DNA of 64,000 nucleotides from IMG/VR virus record IMGVR_UViG_3300032116_000009. One strand, written 5' to 3'. The stretch comes from a virus (lineage: Duplodnaviria; Caudoviricetes). Both the position numbers and the translations under genes were made by a program. The notes beneath the pieces are model-generated. The model did not search any database. It saw only the letters and a program-made list of their open reading frames with translations, and was not told where the DNA came from. Within the stretch, counting starts at the first letter, position 1; each line of letters opens with the position of its first letter. Of the stretch, positions 46,554 to 56,163 are shown in pieces.

Positions 46554-47357
46554 ATGTATGATATAAGGTATTTTGATGATGATAGAGGAAATGAAATAGA
46601 ATTGCCGTCAAAGATAATGAGATTTAAAACTGAATCTCAAAGAGTATTGCCAAGTAATATTTTAATAGACTCCTATAAATCCTTCAAAGATAATATGCAA
46701 CAAGCGATAGAAGATTATGAGACATTCTTTAATACCGATGAGTATGAAGATAGAACAAATGAAAAGTTTTCTATAAAAATACAAAAATTTACAAAATTAG
46801 TTTACTTGTACTTGGACTATTGTGAAGATGATTGTTTTATGTATCCTTTTATTCTTGTGAAAGATCCTACAACCACAAATGAAGACAAATGGATTTCAAT
46901 GGCAGGTCAAGGTCGAATACTAATTAAATGGAAATATTTCCCAAAATCTTTTAGTGATGTATCATATCATTCTATTGATTATGGAATAGGATCAGATGAT
47001 GTAATAAAAGAATATATTGATTATGTTAAAAACACAAAATTTTGGAAAGACAAAGATATCTCAGATAAAACTATAAGGATAACATTTGAAAAATTTAATG
47101 CAAGAGAAAAAATTTATAATATAAAACATTTAGAATTTGCACCTAAAGAATACTACAATAACTATAGAATGCAAAGACCAGATTATTTTTTAGAGAATGT
47201 TTGTGATTTGGAAATATCAAAAAACATAAAAAATCTTTTCTTAAATTCTGGGATACAAAAAGATTCTCCAGCTTCAGATTATATACAACTACTAGATGAC
47301 TTTATTAAAACAAGCACGAATATTGCTAAAAGAAAATATACCTGGAAAATGACATAA
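46554..47357 (+). CDS. Paralog E (opposite strand)
   Basis: MYDIRYFDD...FTKLVYLYLD...FMYPF...AGQGRILIKWKYFP...KRKYTWK. Confidence 0.7.
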   Translation: MYDIRYFDDDRGNEIELPSKIMRFKTESQRVLPSNILIDSYKSFKDNMQQAIEDYETFFNTDEYEDRTNEKFSIKIQKFTKLVYLYLDYCEDDCFMYPFILVKDPTTTNEDKWISMAGQGRILIKWKYFPKSFSDVSYHSIDYGIGSDDVIKEYIDYVKNTKFWKDKDISDKTIRITFEKFNAREKIYNIKHLEFAPKEYYNNYRMQRPDYFLENVCDLEISKNIKNLFLNSGIQKDSPASDYIQLLDDFIKTSTNIAKRKYTWKMT

Positions 47358-47388
47358 AAAAAGAGAGGAGAATTCTCCTCTCTAAAAT
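47356..47388. terminator. Bidirectional terminator
   Basis: Perfect palindrome AGAGAGGAGAATTCTCCTCTCT between convergent genes. Confidence 0.8.
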
Positions 47389-47389
47389 A

Positions 47390-47923
47390 TCAGACTACTA
47401 CAGGAGTCTTTGATTTTACATATGAAAGAACTTTGTCTGGAGTAGAATATTCATATGGATCGGTATCCGCATTATCTCGTTTACCATCTTCCATAAACAA
47501 CTGTTCAATTACTCCGTCATTAATGACAGCAGCGTATCTCCAAGAACGTAGGGCAAATCCCAAATTACGTTTTTGAACTAACATGTCCATGCCTTGAGTG
47601 AATTCACCATTACCATCTGGAATCAGTTTAACTTTCTCGATTCCTTGATCTTTGGCCCATGCATTCATTACAAATGCATCATTAACGGAAAGACAATACA
47701 CTTCGTCAATACCAGCTTCAATAAATTCAGAGTAGTTTTCCTCAAATCCAGGAAGTTGATATGCACTGCATGTAGGAGTAAATGCACCAGGAAGTGCGAA
47801 CAACACTACTTTTTTTCCACCGAAGAGTTCTTCAGTAGATCGAGTTACAAATTCACCATTTTCGCGGAACATGAAGTTCACAGATGGAATATTTACGATT
47901 TCTTCAGGAATTAGTTGGGGCAT
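47390..47923 (-). CDS. Peroxiredoxin (Prx5/type II redoxin)
   Basis: KKVVLFALPGAFTPTCS, VNDAFVM..W, DGNGEF and RSWRYA. Confidence 0.9.
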   Translation of the reverse strand: MPQLIPEEIVNIPSVNFMFRENGEFVTRSTEELFGGKKVVLFALPGAFTPTCSAYQLPGFEENYSEFIEAGIDEVYCLSVNDAFVMNAWAKDQGIEKVKLIPDGNGEFTQGMDMLVQKRNLGFALRSWRYAAVINDGVIEQLFMEDGKRDNADTDPYEYSTPDKVLSYVKSKTPVVV

Positions 47924-48188
47924 GATTATAAGGGTGTTTTTGTTTAAGTTCAGGATTTGGTTGTGAAGGAACAACTGGGTTCCTTGATTTGTTTTTAATT
48001 ACAATAAATGCATCATTTTGATAGGATACAGTTCCAAAGGGTTTTGCCCATTTTGGATTTGCATCTGGGTGAGTAGCAGTTCCTGTGACTGCAACTCCGC
48101 CAATCTCTACAGAGATTTCATCATCAGCAGTCCATTCTAATTTTTGAAGAGCAATGGAGAGTTGCCCCAACCAGTCAGCACTTCTCAC
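47904..48188 (-). CDS. Conserved cyanophage hypothetical protein
   Basis: VEIGG..VTG...[19 protein letters not shown]; downstream of petF. Confidence 0.7.
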   Translation of the reverse strand: MRSADWLGQLSIALQKLEWTADDEISVEIGGVAVTGTATHPDANPKWAKPFGTVSYQNDAFIVIKNKSRNPVVPSQPNPELKQKHPYNHAPTNS

Positions 48189-48478
48189 AGATTCTCTTCC
48201 TGTTCAGTCAGAATCACACAATCGCTGGTGGGGTATGCAACACAAGTGAGTACCCAACCCTCAGCAATCTGATCATCATCAAGAAACGATTGTTCCTCGT
48301 TATCTACAGTTCCACTAATCAGTTTGCCAGCACAAGCAGAGCAAGCACCTGCTTTACAAGAAGAAGGAAGGTCTACACCTGCTTCTTCAGCAGCTTCAAG
48401 AATGTATTGGTCATCAGGACACTGAATAACAGTTTCGGTGCCATCAGGAGATTGGAGAGTAACGTTATAAATTGTCAT
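48185..48478 (-). CDS. petF: Plant-type [2Fe-2S] ferredoxin
   Basis: [17 protein letters not shown]...VLTCVAYP. Confidence 0.96.
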   Translation of the reverse strand: MTIYNVTLQSPDGTETVIQCPDDQYILEAAEEAGVDLPSSCKAGACSACAGKLISGTVDNEEQSFLDDDQIAEGWVLTCVAYPTSDCVILTEQEENL

Positions 48479-48535
48479 GAAGTTAATTTGAGTTACTTGT
48501 AGAGTTTACCAAAAATTTTTTAATCAGTCAACTAG

Positions 48536-48655
48536 TCACCAAATACCAGGAATGATTTGACCAGTAGTGAGATAAGTACCAACAGCAATGACGAAACCGA
48601 GCATTGCCAAACGAGCATTGAGGATTTCTGCCTCAGGGGTAAAACCAAATTTCAT
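48536..48655 (-). CDS. hli: High-light-inducible protein
   Basis: Hand-translated MKFGFTPEAEILNARLAMLGFVIAVGTYLTTGQIIPGIW (ExxNxRxAM motif). Confidence 0.88.
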   Translation of the reverse strand: MKFGFTPEAEILNARLAMLGFVIAVGTYLTTGQIIPGIW

Positions 48656-48667
48656 TTTTGTTCTCCT

Positions 48668-48856
48668 TTATTTTACTTTAGAATAGATAGAAGTTTCACC
48701 ATAATCGCGGTGAGTTTTATAACCAACAACTGCACCCTTTGTATTCATCAAAGCGGGCATAAAAGCAATTGTAAAAAATACTGCTGGTGCTCCAATAAAG
48801 AGAGCAGCAACGATTACATAATAAGTCAGCAGTTCAATTAGTGAGTGTTCCATCAA
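48668..48856 (-). CDS. Conserved cyanophage small membrane protein
   Basis: TM helix followed by FMPALMNTKGAVVGY. Confidence 0.6.
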   Translation of the reverse strand: MMEHSLIELLTYYVIVAALFIGAPAVFFTIAFMPALMNTKGAVVGYKTHRDYGETSIYSKVK

Positions 48857-48938
48857 TAAGTTTCAGAAAGTTTTTCTACAGAAACTGCCAACAGTACGAA
48901 GAATGCGACAGAGGTAAGAGTAAAGATTAATTCAGTCA

Positions 48939-49133
48939 TCAGAAGATACCGAAGAAAAGTTTACCTGTGAGAGAATAAGAAATAGCCCCAGCAATAATGC
49001 CGAGCATAGCCCAACGTCCATTGTACTTCTCCTTTACTTGGTTAGGTGTATCCATACCATAATTTTCGTAGTACATGGTAGGTTCTTTCGCCCACATATT
49101 TTGTTGGCCGCGATCATTAGTTGTTACAGTCAT
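48939..49133 (-). CDS. hli: High-light-inducible protein
   Basis: MTVTTNDRGQQNMWAKEP...EKYNGRWAMLG...TGKLFFGIF. Confidence 0.9.
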   Translation of the reverse strand: MTVTTNDRGQQNMWAKEPTMYYENYGMDTPNQVKEKYNGRWAMLGIIAGAISYSLTGKLFFGIF

Positions 49134-49160
49134 TGCACATTCGTTAAGAATTGTTACACA

Positions 49161-49199
49161 ATTATATAGGAAAAAGAAAGGGGTGTCAAGCACCCCCCG
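49161..49199 (-). promoter_or_regulatory. Consensus sigma70 promoter for the hli operon embedded in the porin terminator
   Basis: TTGACA-N17-TATAAT; the -35 lies in a GGGGGTG/CACCCC hairpin followed by TTTCTTTTT. Confidence 0.85.
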
Positions 49200-49229
49200 T
49201 AGTCATTTATACTTAATTTTGTTAGGAGA

Positions 49230-50699
49230 TCAGAACTTAAAAGTAGTCTGAATCACACCACCCCAGTTAGAGGAGTTGTCGGCAAGACGTTGGTTATCAC
49301 TTCCGTAGATGATTGCAGGAGTGACACTGATGTTATCCGAGACTTGATACTTGTAGAAGATTTCAAGCATCGTTGATTTCTCAAGGTTCTCACCAGTAGG
49401 TGCCTGACCGATAGCAACACCAGCGGAATTACCACCAACAAACACATCTTCCCACTGAAGACCAGCAAACCAAGACTGGCTATCAGTAGCATCGCTAGGA
49501 GTACCACTTACAGTATTCCATCCATAACCAGCGGAAATAGAAGGAACAATACCCGATTTCTGAGGTTGCCAGTAAGCGTTCAGAGCATAACCATTAGAGG
49601 TTTGACCAGGAACCAGAGTACCAGAAGCACCATTCAGACCGTTATAGGTGCGAACACGAGTTCCTTCAGTACCATAACGGTAACCAAATGCAGCACCCCA
49701 GTTAGTACCACGATAACCAATTTGTGCAAGAGTATTCAGAGCACCAGTCTCATCAAATACTCCAGTCTCACTATCGTTACCACTTTGAGCAACGTAGTTT
49801 ACACCAGCAATAAGACCTTTCTTACCATACTGAGCACCGAAACCAGCACCAGTTGCTTTGTTATAAACACCAGGAGTACCAGCAACAGCAAAGAAGTCAA
49901 GAATACCAGACTTATAAGCAGAAGGCATCCAAGCAATCTCAGTGTTACGAACTGCGGCACCTGCAGTCAGAGTTGCTTTGTTATTAAAAGCAGGGAATGA
50001 ATAATACAGACGATCGATAACTACATTGTTACCAACTTCACTGGTAGTGTTGTCTGCTTTATCCAGTTTGAACAGAGAAGAACTAGAACCGAAAGGATCG
50101 CCACTGAAGTTGGATGAGCGCAGACGGGTACGGAGCAGATCCTTACCAGTAAATGAAGTATCCAGATTCAGGCGAAGATCGTAGTTGAATGCGGTGCGGG
50201 TTGTATCACCACCTTTGGTACGATAGTCATCAACACCACCAAGAACAAAGTTTGCTTCACCACGAAGTTTAGTAGTAGTAGAGAATTGAGTTGCCCCAAG
50301 AGAACCAACCACTCGTTCTAGTCCATCTACACGACCTTGAAGAACGGTCAGTTCATCACGGAACTCATTAGCAAGACGCTTGAGTTCATCAGTTTGTTCA
50401 GTTACACGGTCAAGACAGGCATTCAGAAGTGCGGCTGCTTCATAACGAGTCATTGCACGGCCACCACCAAAGGTTCCGTTTGCATAACCAGCAACACAAC
50501 CATAACGTTCTACAAGGTTGCTGAGTGCTTGATATGCCCAATCAGTGGGTTGCACGTCAGAGAGTTGTTTGATGCTTGAGACTTGTTCCGAGGAAGTATA
50601 CTGGTTGACTGCTGCCATATTGAGGTCTGCGGCATTCGCAGCAACAGGAGCAACCATACCCAGAGCAACGGGTGCAAGCATCAGTTGTTTGAGTTTCAT
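49230..50699 (-). CDS. Cyanobacterial Som-type outer membrane porin (SLH domain plus beta-barrel)
   Basis: Signal peptide; SLH motif DVQPTDWAYQAL..LVERYGCVAGY...TRYEAAALLNACL; FSTTTKLRGE; RLNLDTSFTGKDLL; C-terminal Phe (TTFKF). Confidence 0.92.
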   Translation of the reverse strand: MKLKQLMLAPVALGMVAPVAANAADLNMAAVNQYTSSEQVSSIKQLSDVQPTDWAYQALSNLVERYGCVAGYANGTFGGGRAMTRYEAAALLNACLDRVTEQTDELKRLANEFRDELTVLQGRVDGLERVVGSLGATQFSTTTKLRGEANFVLGGVDDYRTKGGDTTRTAFNYDLRLNLDTSFTGKDLLRTRLRSSNFSGDPFGSSSSLFKLDKADNTTSEVGNNVVIDRLYYSFPAFNNKATLTAGAAVRNTEIAWMPSAYKSGILDFFAVAGTPGVYNKATGAGFGAQYGKKGLIAGVNYVAQSGNDSETGVFDETGALNTLAQIGYRGTNWGAAFGYRYGTEGTRVRTYNGLNGASGTLVPGQTSNGYALNAYWQPQKSGIVPSISAGYGWNTVSGTPSDATDSQSWFAGLQWEDVFVGGNSAGVAIGQAPTGENLEKSTMLEIFYKYQVSDNISVTPAIIYGSDNQRLADNSSNWGGVIQTTFKF

Positions 50700-50758
50700 A
50701 AAGATTTGTTTTTAGTACTAAACTACAAAAAGTCTTAACAATTTCGTAAGACTTGAGA

Positions 50759-50787
50759 TATACTATAACCTTTTTTTCGTTTTGTCA
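50759..50787 (-). promoter_or_regulatory. Sigma70 promoter for the porin
   Basis: TTGACA-N17-TAGTAT. Confidence 0.65.
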
Positions 50788-50799
50788 ACTAAGAAAAGG

Positions 50800-51597
50800 T
50801 TATGGAGTTGGTTGTTGAGCTTCTGAAGTTCTTCCTAGATATGGATCATAATCCATCAATCTATCCAATTCCAAATCAGAACCTCTAGTTTTCCACAAAT
50901 CAGTCAATCCATTATGACTTCCCCTGTGGAATATTTCAATATGTTCTGGATGAATAGAAGAACCCAGTTCAATTTTATAAAGAAAAATTGGAATAGAAAA
51001 TGTATTACCTGAGTTATAAATTAAATCATCAGCAACAGCTCTAGGTTTAATTTGATAATCAAGTTTATACTTATCTCCACGGCAGTGGAACCTTACGATT
51101 TTTTCCGCATGATGACGAGTAATCATGTAGCAAGCGGTTGAAAAATCATTTACAAATCTTTTGTGTAGATTTACATGCAGAGTTCCTGGACAAATGATAG
51201 CAAGTTGAACTACATCATAATCATACGGAACTCTAGCAAAAAATTGACTCCAAGTAAAACTCCAATGATGGACTGTACTTAGATCGATGTCATCTTCCAT
51301 GACAACACAATATGGGGAATCAGAATTTTCAAGAAAATGTTTGAGTATTTTAAGATGAGATGTTACGCAACCGATTTCTCCAGAACTCATATTTTCTGGA
51401 TAACGGCCATGAATGATGTCACTTAGATCATCATCTCTACCATCGTATGCAGAGATTCTCTCATAGTTTTCAATTTCCCAATACTTAAATTGATCCTCCA
51501 TGTACTCTTTTCTATCTGGTTGACCATCAAGATTCAAGTAATAGACAGGTCCAATTCCCTTAAGTTTGTAAGCAGCTTTATTCTTGTCCAAAGTCAT
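50800..51597 (-). CDS. Glycosyltransferase family 25
   Basis: VYYLNLDGQPDRK, EIGCVTSHL, VMEDD and DVVQLAII. Confidence 0.85.
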   Translation of the reverse strand: MTLDKNKAAYKLKGIGPVYYLNLDGQPDRKEYMEDQFKYWEIENYERISAYDGRDDDLSDIIHGRYPENMSSGEIGCVTSHLKILKHFLENSDSPYCVVMEDDIDLSTVHHWSFTWSQFFARVPYDYDVVQLAIICPGTLHVNLHKRFVNDFSTACYMITRHHAEKIVRFHCRGDKYKLDYQIKPRAVADDLIYNSGNTFSIPIFLYKIELGSSIHPEHIEIFHRGSHNGLTDLWKTRGSDLELDRLMDYDPYLGRTSEAQQPTP

Positions 51598-51605
51598 TGT
51601 TCAAA

Positions 51606-52460
51606 TCACATTACAATCCAGTTTTCAGGATAAAGATCTTTAGTATCTTTATCGGAATATGCAGGTCCAAACCAATTCTTGGGAGCAACTACTTTACCGG
51701 ACCCGTTTTGCAACCAAGCGCCCCACCAAGACAGTGTTGAGTTAGCGGTGATTCCACCCTTACAGTTAGCCATAATACAAAGGTCAACATAAGGAGTATA
51801 GGATCCATCTGGATATTTTTCTTCAGGAGTAGAAACATAGAATCTATCTGGTTTAAAGAGTTCTTGTTCCATAACCCACTCCGGAGAATCCGAGACAACA
51901 ACAACTTCTTGATCATCTGGGAAAAGTTTTAGAGCTTCTTCATAATATTCCAGAGTTTGTGGAGGATGCATAGAAGAACATTCGGTATAAGCCCACTTAA
52001 ATCCTCTAGCATCAACCAAATTAGGATCACCACGACGAACGTGTAGGAAAATAGGATCTTTAAGTTCTGAAAGAAATCCCGTAACTGGTTCTAAAAGATC
52101 ATCATGGAACGTAAAGTCTTTACGAATATCTTGTTCAATGTGTTTGAAATACTTTTCAGACTGAAAGAATCCATGAATAGAGACATCATTTGGACAAAGT
52201 TGTAGAAGTTCTTCATCAAAATGGAAATGTTTTTCCATGACGATAGGAGCGAATCCACGATCCAAAATATAAAGGTTTGTGGATTTCACACTATCAAGAG
52301 TAAAACAATTAGCTAAACTATAATTATCAACCCTTGGTACTTTATATGGAGGAATACACCAATCATATCCTTTATTAGCAGCTATACCACGAAGAGCTGC
52401 ATATTGAAACATTTGGTTCCCTAGACGACCAATGTTACCCAATTCATTAAACGCTAACAT
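51606..52460 (-). CDS. Alpha-1,2-fucosyltransferase-like (GT11)
   Basis: GRLGNQMFQYA, GFFQSEKYF, LHVRRGD and ANSTLSWWGAWL. Confidence 0.9.
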   Translation of the reverse strand: MLAFNELGNIGRLGNQMFQYAALRGIAANKGYDWCIPPYKVPRVDNYSLANCFTLDSVKSTNLYILDRGFAPIVMEKHFHFDEELLQLCPNDVSIHGFFQSEKYFKHIEQDIRKDFTFHDDLLEPVTGFLSELKDPIFLHVRRGDPNLVDARGFKWAYTECSSMHPPQTLEYYEEALKLFPDDQEVVVVSDSPEWVMEQELFKPDRFYVSTPEEKYPDGSYTPYVDLCIMANCKGGITANSTLSWWGAWLQNGSGKVVAPKNWFGPAYSDKDTKDLYPENWIVM

Positions 52461-53268
52461 CTAATTGTTTCCTCCTTTCTGCGATATAAGATTGTTGTTG
52501 ATAATAAGAGAATAGTTTTTGAGAATCCCAAGTTCTAATGTTTTGCCAAAGATTATGATTATCCATAAATTTGGGATTGTGATAATGTGAATTAAAAGTT
52601 CTACCATGTTCAAAGTGGTAGACATCTCTATTTACTCTGCCAACTTTTCGACCAAATGCATTTAGTCTATAGTAAAATTCACAATCTTCTGCACCCCAAG
52701 AAATAAAATTTTCATTCCAGAATCCAATTTCAATCTCAGTTTGTCGTTTAATCATTTGACCCCAACCAATGGAAGAAGCAACTCTAAATTTAGATTCTTC
52801 CAAAACACTAAAATCAAAATTAGAATCTAAAAATTGATTGAAAGTATTTTCAGAATAGTTTACAGCCCACTGATAAACACCACACCCAAATGGATATACT
52901 GCATCTGCAGTTCCATCTTTGATGTATGCATATGCAATTTCGTAACTAGATTTTGGTAATACAATATCTACATCATGATTATAAACGATCTCAGTCTCAG
53001 AAGCAACTAAAAGATCGTTGAGAATTCTAGTTTTATGGAAAAACTTATCATCATTCTCTTCAAAGATATGTGTTAAATTATCAACTGCAACATACTTTTT
53101 AATTACAGGTAGAGCCCTGAACTTAAAATGAGAATGTGTATCGACTTCTTTTATAATTACTTTGGACTCTGGGAAATTTTTTAAGAGATAAGTAACGGAA
53201 GTAATTACATTTTTTAGTCTATCTTCAGACTCAATTCTACATGGTAGAAGAAATGTTAAATCTTTCAT
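52447..53268 (-). CDS. Glycosyltransferase (GT2/GT7 galactosyltransferase-like)
   Basis: DRLKNV, HDVD, WNENFISWGAED-E and YHFEH. Confidence 0.8.
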   Translation of the reverse strand: MKDLTFLLPCRIESEDRLKNVITSVTYLLKNFPESKVIIKEVDTHSHFKFRALPVIKKYVAVDNLTHIFEENDDKFFHKTRILNDLLVASETEIVYNHDVDIVLPKSSYEIAYAYIKDGTADAVYPFGCGVYQWAVNYSENTFNQFLDSNFDFSVLEESKFRVASSIGWGQMIKRQTEIEIGFWNENFISWGAEDCEFYYRLNAFGRKVGRVNRDVYHFEHGRTFNSHYHNPKFMDNHNLWQNIRTWDSQKLFSYYQQQSYIAERRKQLDVSV

Positions 53269-54161
53269 GATTCAGCGGGTATTGGAGATGGATCGTTGTG
53301 AATTTTGATCCACCTTTCAGGGATCATGTCTTTCATATTGTAATGAGCGTAAGCAGGCCCAAACCAAGGATCTGGAGCAACGACTTTACCAGAATCTCCT
53401 TGTAACCAAGCTCCCCACCAACTCAGAGAAGAATTAGCAATAATTGCACCTCCACATAGACTCATGAGGCAGAGATCGATGTAGGGGACGGCCGCACCAT
53501 CTCCGAAGGTTTCATAGGAAGAGTCGGAGAAGTGGAACCTATCTCCCTGCAACCAAGATTGACGTTTACACCAATCAATAAGATCTGAAACAACAATCAC
53601 ATTCTTGTCTTCTGGAAACTCTTTTAAGGCTTGAATATAATAATCTTCTTTACAGAGTGGGTGATATTCCTGCACCATTTGATAAGACCACTTCTCACCT
53701 CTCCTACCAGTGAGATTGGGAGAACCACGGCGAACATGAAGAAAAATACAGTTATCTCTTCCACCAAGGCTGTCAACAAATTCTTGACAAGGTTCTAAGT
53801 AGTCTTTTTTGAAAACAAAATCTTCACGAATAGATGAAGCAATTGACTCAAAGTATTTTTCTGTTTGAAAATTACCAGAAAAATTTGTATTATCTTCACA
53901 ATTATTGAAGATCTCTTCATTGAAGTGCATGTCCCTATACTCTACAGTTCTGTAGAAGGGTTCTCCAGTATTCTTACTTAGATCACAATTAGTAAGTTCA
54001 AAGGCATCAAACAACCCATAATTGTCTAAACGATCTGCGTCTGGAGGTGGAATAATCCAATCAAATCCACGATTGGAAGCAAGTCCACGAATAAATGCGT
54101 ATTGAAACATTTGATTTCCGAGGCGCCCCTCATTACCAAGTCCTTTAAATGATACAGCCAT
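53265..54161 (-). CDS. GT11 paralog
   Basis: GRLGNQMFQYA, GNFQTEKYF, LHVRRG and ANSSLSWWGAWL. Confidence 0.9.
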   Translation of the reverse strand: MAVSFKGLGNEGRLGNQMFQYAFIRGLASNRGFDWIIPPPDADRLDNYGLFDAFELTNCDLSKNTGEPFYRTVEYRDMHFNEEIFNNCEDNTNFSGNFQTEKYFESIASSIREDFVFKKDYLEPCQEFVDSLGGRDNCIFLHVRRGSPNLTGRRGEKWSYQMVQEYHPLCKEDYYIQALKEFPEDKNVIVVSDLIDWCKRQSWLQGDRFHFSDSSYETFGDGAAVPYIDLCLMSLCGGAIIANSSLSWWGAWLQGDSGKVVAPDPWFGPAYAHYNMKDMIPERWIKIHNDPSPIPAES

Positions 54162-55021
54162 TACTTACTCCACTCTTGAATAATCCAACGATCAGGAACA
54201 ATGTCCGAAGTATCTAGGTGAGTCATTGCAGTACCAAACCATTTCTTAGGATCTGGAGCAATTACTTTACCTCGATCATTTTGCAACCATGCTCCCCACC
54301 AGGAGAACGATGAGTTTGCAATGATAGCACCAGAACAAAGACTCATCAGACACAGATCAACCTGCGGTAGAAGAGTGTTTTGCATTTTTCCAGTACCATC
54401 AATAGTACGATATGTATATCTACCATTACTATCATTAAACAAGAAACGATCTTGTTTAAAAAATTCTTGAGACTTACACCACTCCATATCGTCAGTAAAA
54501 ACGAAACAAGGAGTGTCCTCAGGAAATTCTTTCAACGCATCTTCAAAAAATTGTATCGGGAGGATGGGATGATACTGTTCTCTTCCGATATTATCACTCT
54601 GGCGAATATGAAGGAAAATAGGGCTAGAAGGTAAACTATCAATATACTCCTGGCAAGGAGTGAGATAGTCTTCTCTAAATGTGAAATCTTCACGGATTTC
54701 TTTTGCGATGTGACTGAAATATTTTTCAGTTTGGAAATATCCATCAAGACTCACATTGTCTGGACATTCTTCAAAAAACTCTGGAATAAAACAGTGATCA
54801 TTCTCTTGTATGTATTCACCATTAACAAATCCAATGTTGGATTCATTAACATTTGTCAATTTAAATGTTTCAAAGAGACCATAATTATCTTTATGATCAT
54901 AAGTATCTGGAGGAATAACCCAGTCGTATCCTCGTTTTGCAGCAATACCTCTGAGTGCTGCATATTGGAACATCTGATTTCCTAGACGCCCGTTACTTCC
55001 TAGCCTATTATATCCAATCAT
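54161..55021 (-). CDS. GT11 paralog
   Basis: GRLGNQMFQYA, GYFQTEKYF, LHIRQSD and ANSSFSWWGAWL. Confidence 0.9.
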   Translation of the reverse strand: MIGYNRLGSNGRLGNQMFQYAALRGIAAKRGYDWVIPPDTYDHKDNYGLFETFKLTNVNESNIGFVNGEYIQENDHCFIPEFFEECPDNVSLDGYFQTEKYFSHIAKEIREDFTFREDYLTPCQEYIDSLPSSPIFLHIRQSDNIGREQYHPILPIQFFEDALKEFPEDTPCFVFTDDMEWCKSQEFFKQDRFLFNDSNGRYTYRTIDGTGKMQNTLLPQVDLCLMSLCSGAIIANSSFSWWGAWLQNDRGKVIAPDPKKWFGTAMTHLDTSDIVPDRWIIQEWSK

Positions 55022-56163
55022 AGTTTAATTGCAAATGTATTAATTGTTTCTGGTGGCTCACCAAAGTGTATTTTATCACCATATAGATTGGTTAACAAGA
55101 CTTCAACCTGTTTAATGATGTGTGGGTTATCGGATACATAGACTTCATATCCAGCTTCTAAAAGATCCAAACAAAGTTTATATTGTTGACTTTCAGTTAA
55201 AATATCAGTCCCTCTCTTATAAGAAATATATTCAAAATGGAATGGGAGATTTTCTGTATTTTTATTAATGAAATAACCTTTCAAGAATTTAGAATGTTCA
55301 TTATTGAAATCATCAGTGGTTGTCCCTAGATTATATTTCAATCCCAGTTTTTCTGCATATTTACCAAAAGCTCTATTGTCCCTAGGTAAACAAGGTCCAC
55401 CAAATCCAAATCCATATTTCAGATATTTACTACCAATTCTAGTGTCGCTAGCAATAGATGAAAGAACTGTCTCAATTTCATCTTCGAGACCAGAAAGAAC
55501 AAGGACTTGTCCTATCATATTTGCAAAACTAATTTTAGTAGTCATATAACAGTTAATTGCAATCTTAACTATTTCCGCAGAAGTAGCTGACATTACAGAA
55601 ATAACTGGTTTATTCACTTGAATTTTTTTATAAATTTGAGATAGAACTTCTAAAACTTCAGAGTTATCTCCACCAAGTAGAACCATATCCGCATGAGTTA
55701 GATCCCTAATAATAGATCCCTGTGCAATGAATTCTGGATTGTAAATAACACTTACACCATAAGACTTAAGTTGTTCTTGGAATCTCGAACAATCTCCAGG
55801 ATTAGTAGTGCATCCAACTACAAGAGTTTTTCCTTGAACATTTTGACTTTCTTGGAAGTCACGAATGACGTTCCATACAGAACTAACATCGTAGGAGCCA
55901 TCATCTAAAGATGGAGTAGCAACTAAAGTAAAAATAATGTCACATTCACTAATGACTTTTTTATTATCAGTAGTCGCTTCTAGATACTTAGCTTGTTTTA
56001 AATGTTCTTGTACAAATGGTTCTGTACTAGAAATAATTTTTTTATTGAGGTTTTCTACATAATCCTCACGAATGTCAGAAACAAGAACATCATATCCTGC
56101 ATTTTCCATTAGAAGTGCAAGACAGATTCCTAGTCTTCCCGCTCCAATTAGTCCGATTTTCAT
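55018..56163 (-). CDS. ugd: UDP-glucose/GDP-mannose 6-dehydrogenase
   Basis: GAGRLG Rossmann motif; NPEFIAQG, AEIVK, GFGFGGPCLPRD. Confidence 0.85.
   Translation of the reverse strand: MKIGLIGAGRLGICLALLMENAGYDVLVSDIREDYVENLNKKIISSTEPFVQEHLKQAKYLEATTDNKKVISECDIIFTLVATPSLDDGSYDVSSVWNVIRDFQESQNVQGKTLVVGCTTNPGDCSRFQEQLKSYGVSVIYNPEFIAQGSIIRDLTHADMVLLGGDNSEVLEVLSQIYKKIQVNKPVISVMSATSAEIVKIAINCYMTTKISFANMIGQVLVLSGLEDEIETVLSSIASDTRIGSKYLKYGFGFGGPCLPRDNRAFGKYAEKLGLKYNLGTTTDDFNNEHSKFLKGYFINKNTENLPFHFEYISYKRGTDILTESQQYKLCLDLLEAGYEVYVSDNPHIIKQVEVLLTNLYGDKIHFGEPPETINTFAIKL

Noticed and set aside
50731-50753. Inverted repeat AGTCTTA-N9-TAAGACT in the porin leader as an RpaB or Fur site
   Set aside because: The spacing does not fit the HLR1 period of 10, and it does not match a Fur box; it may be a simple 5' hairpin.
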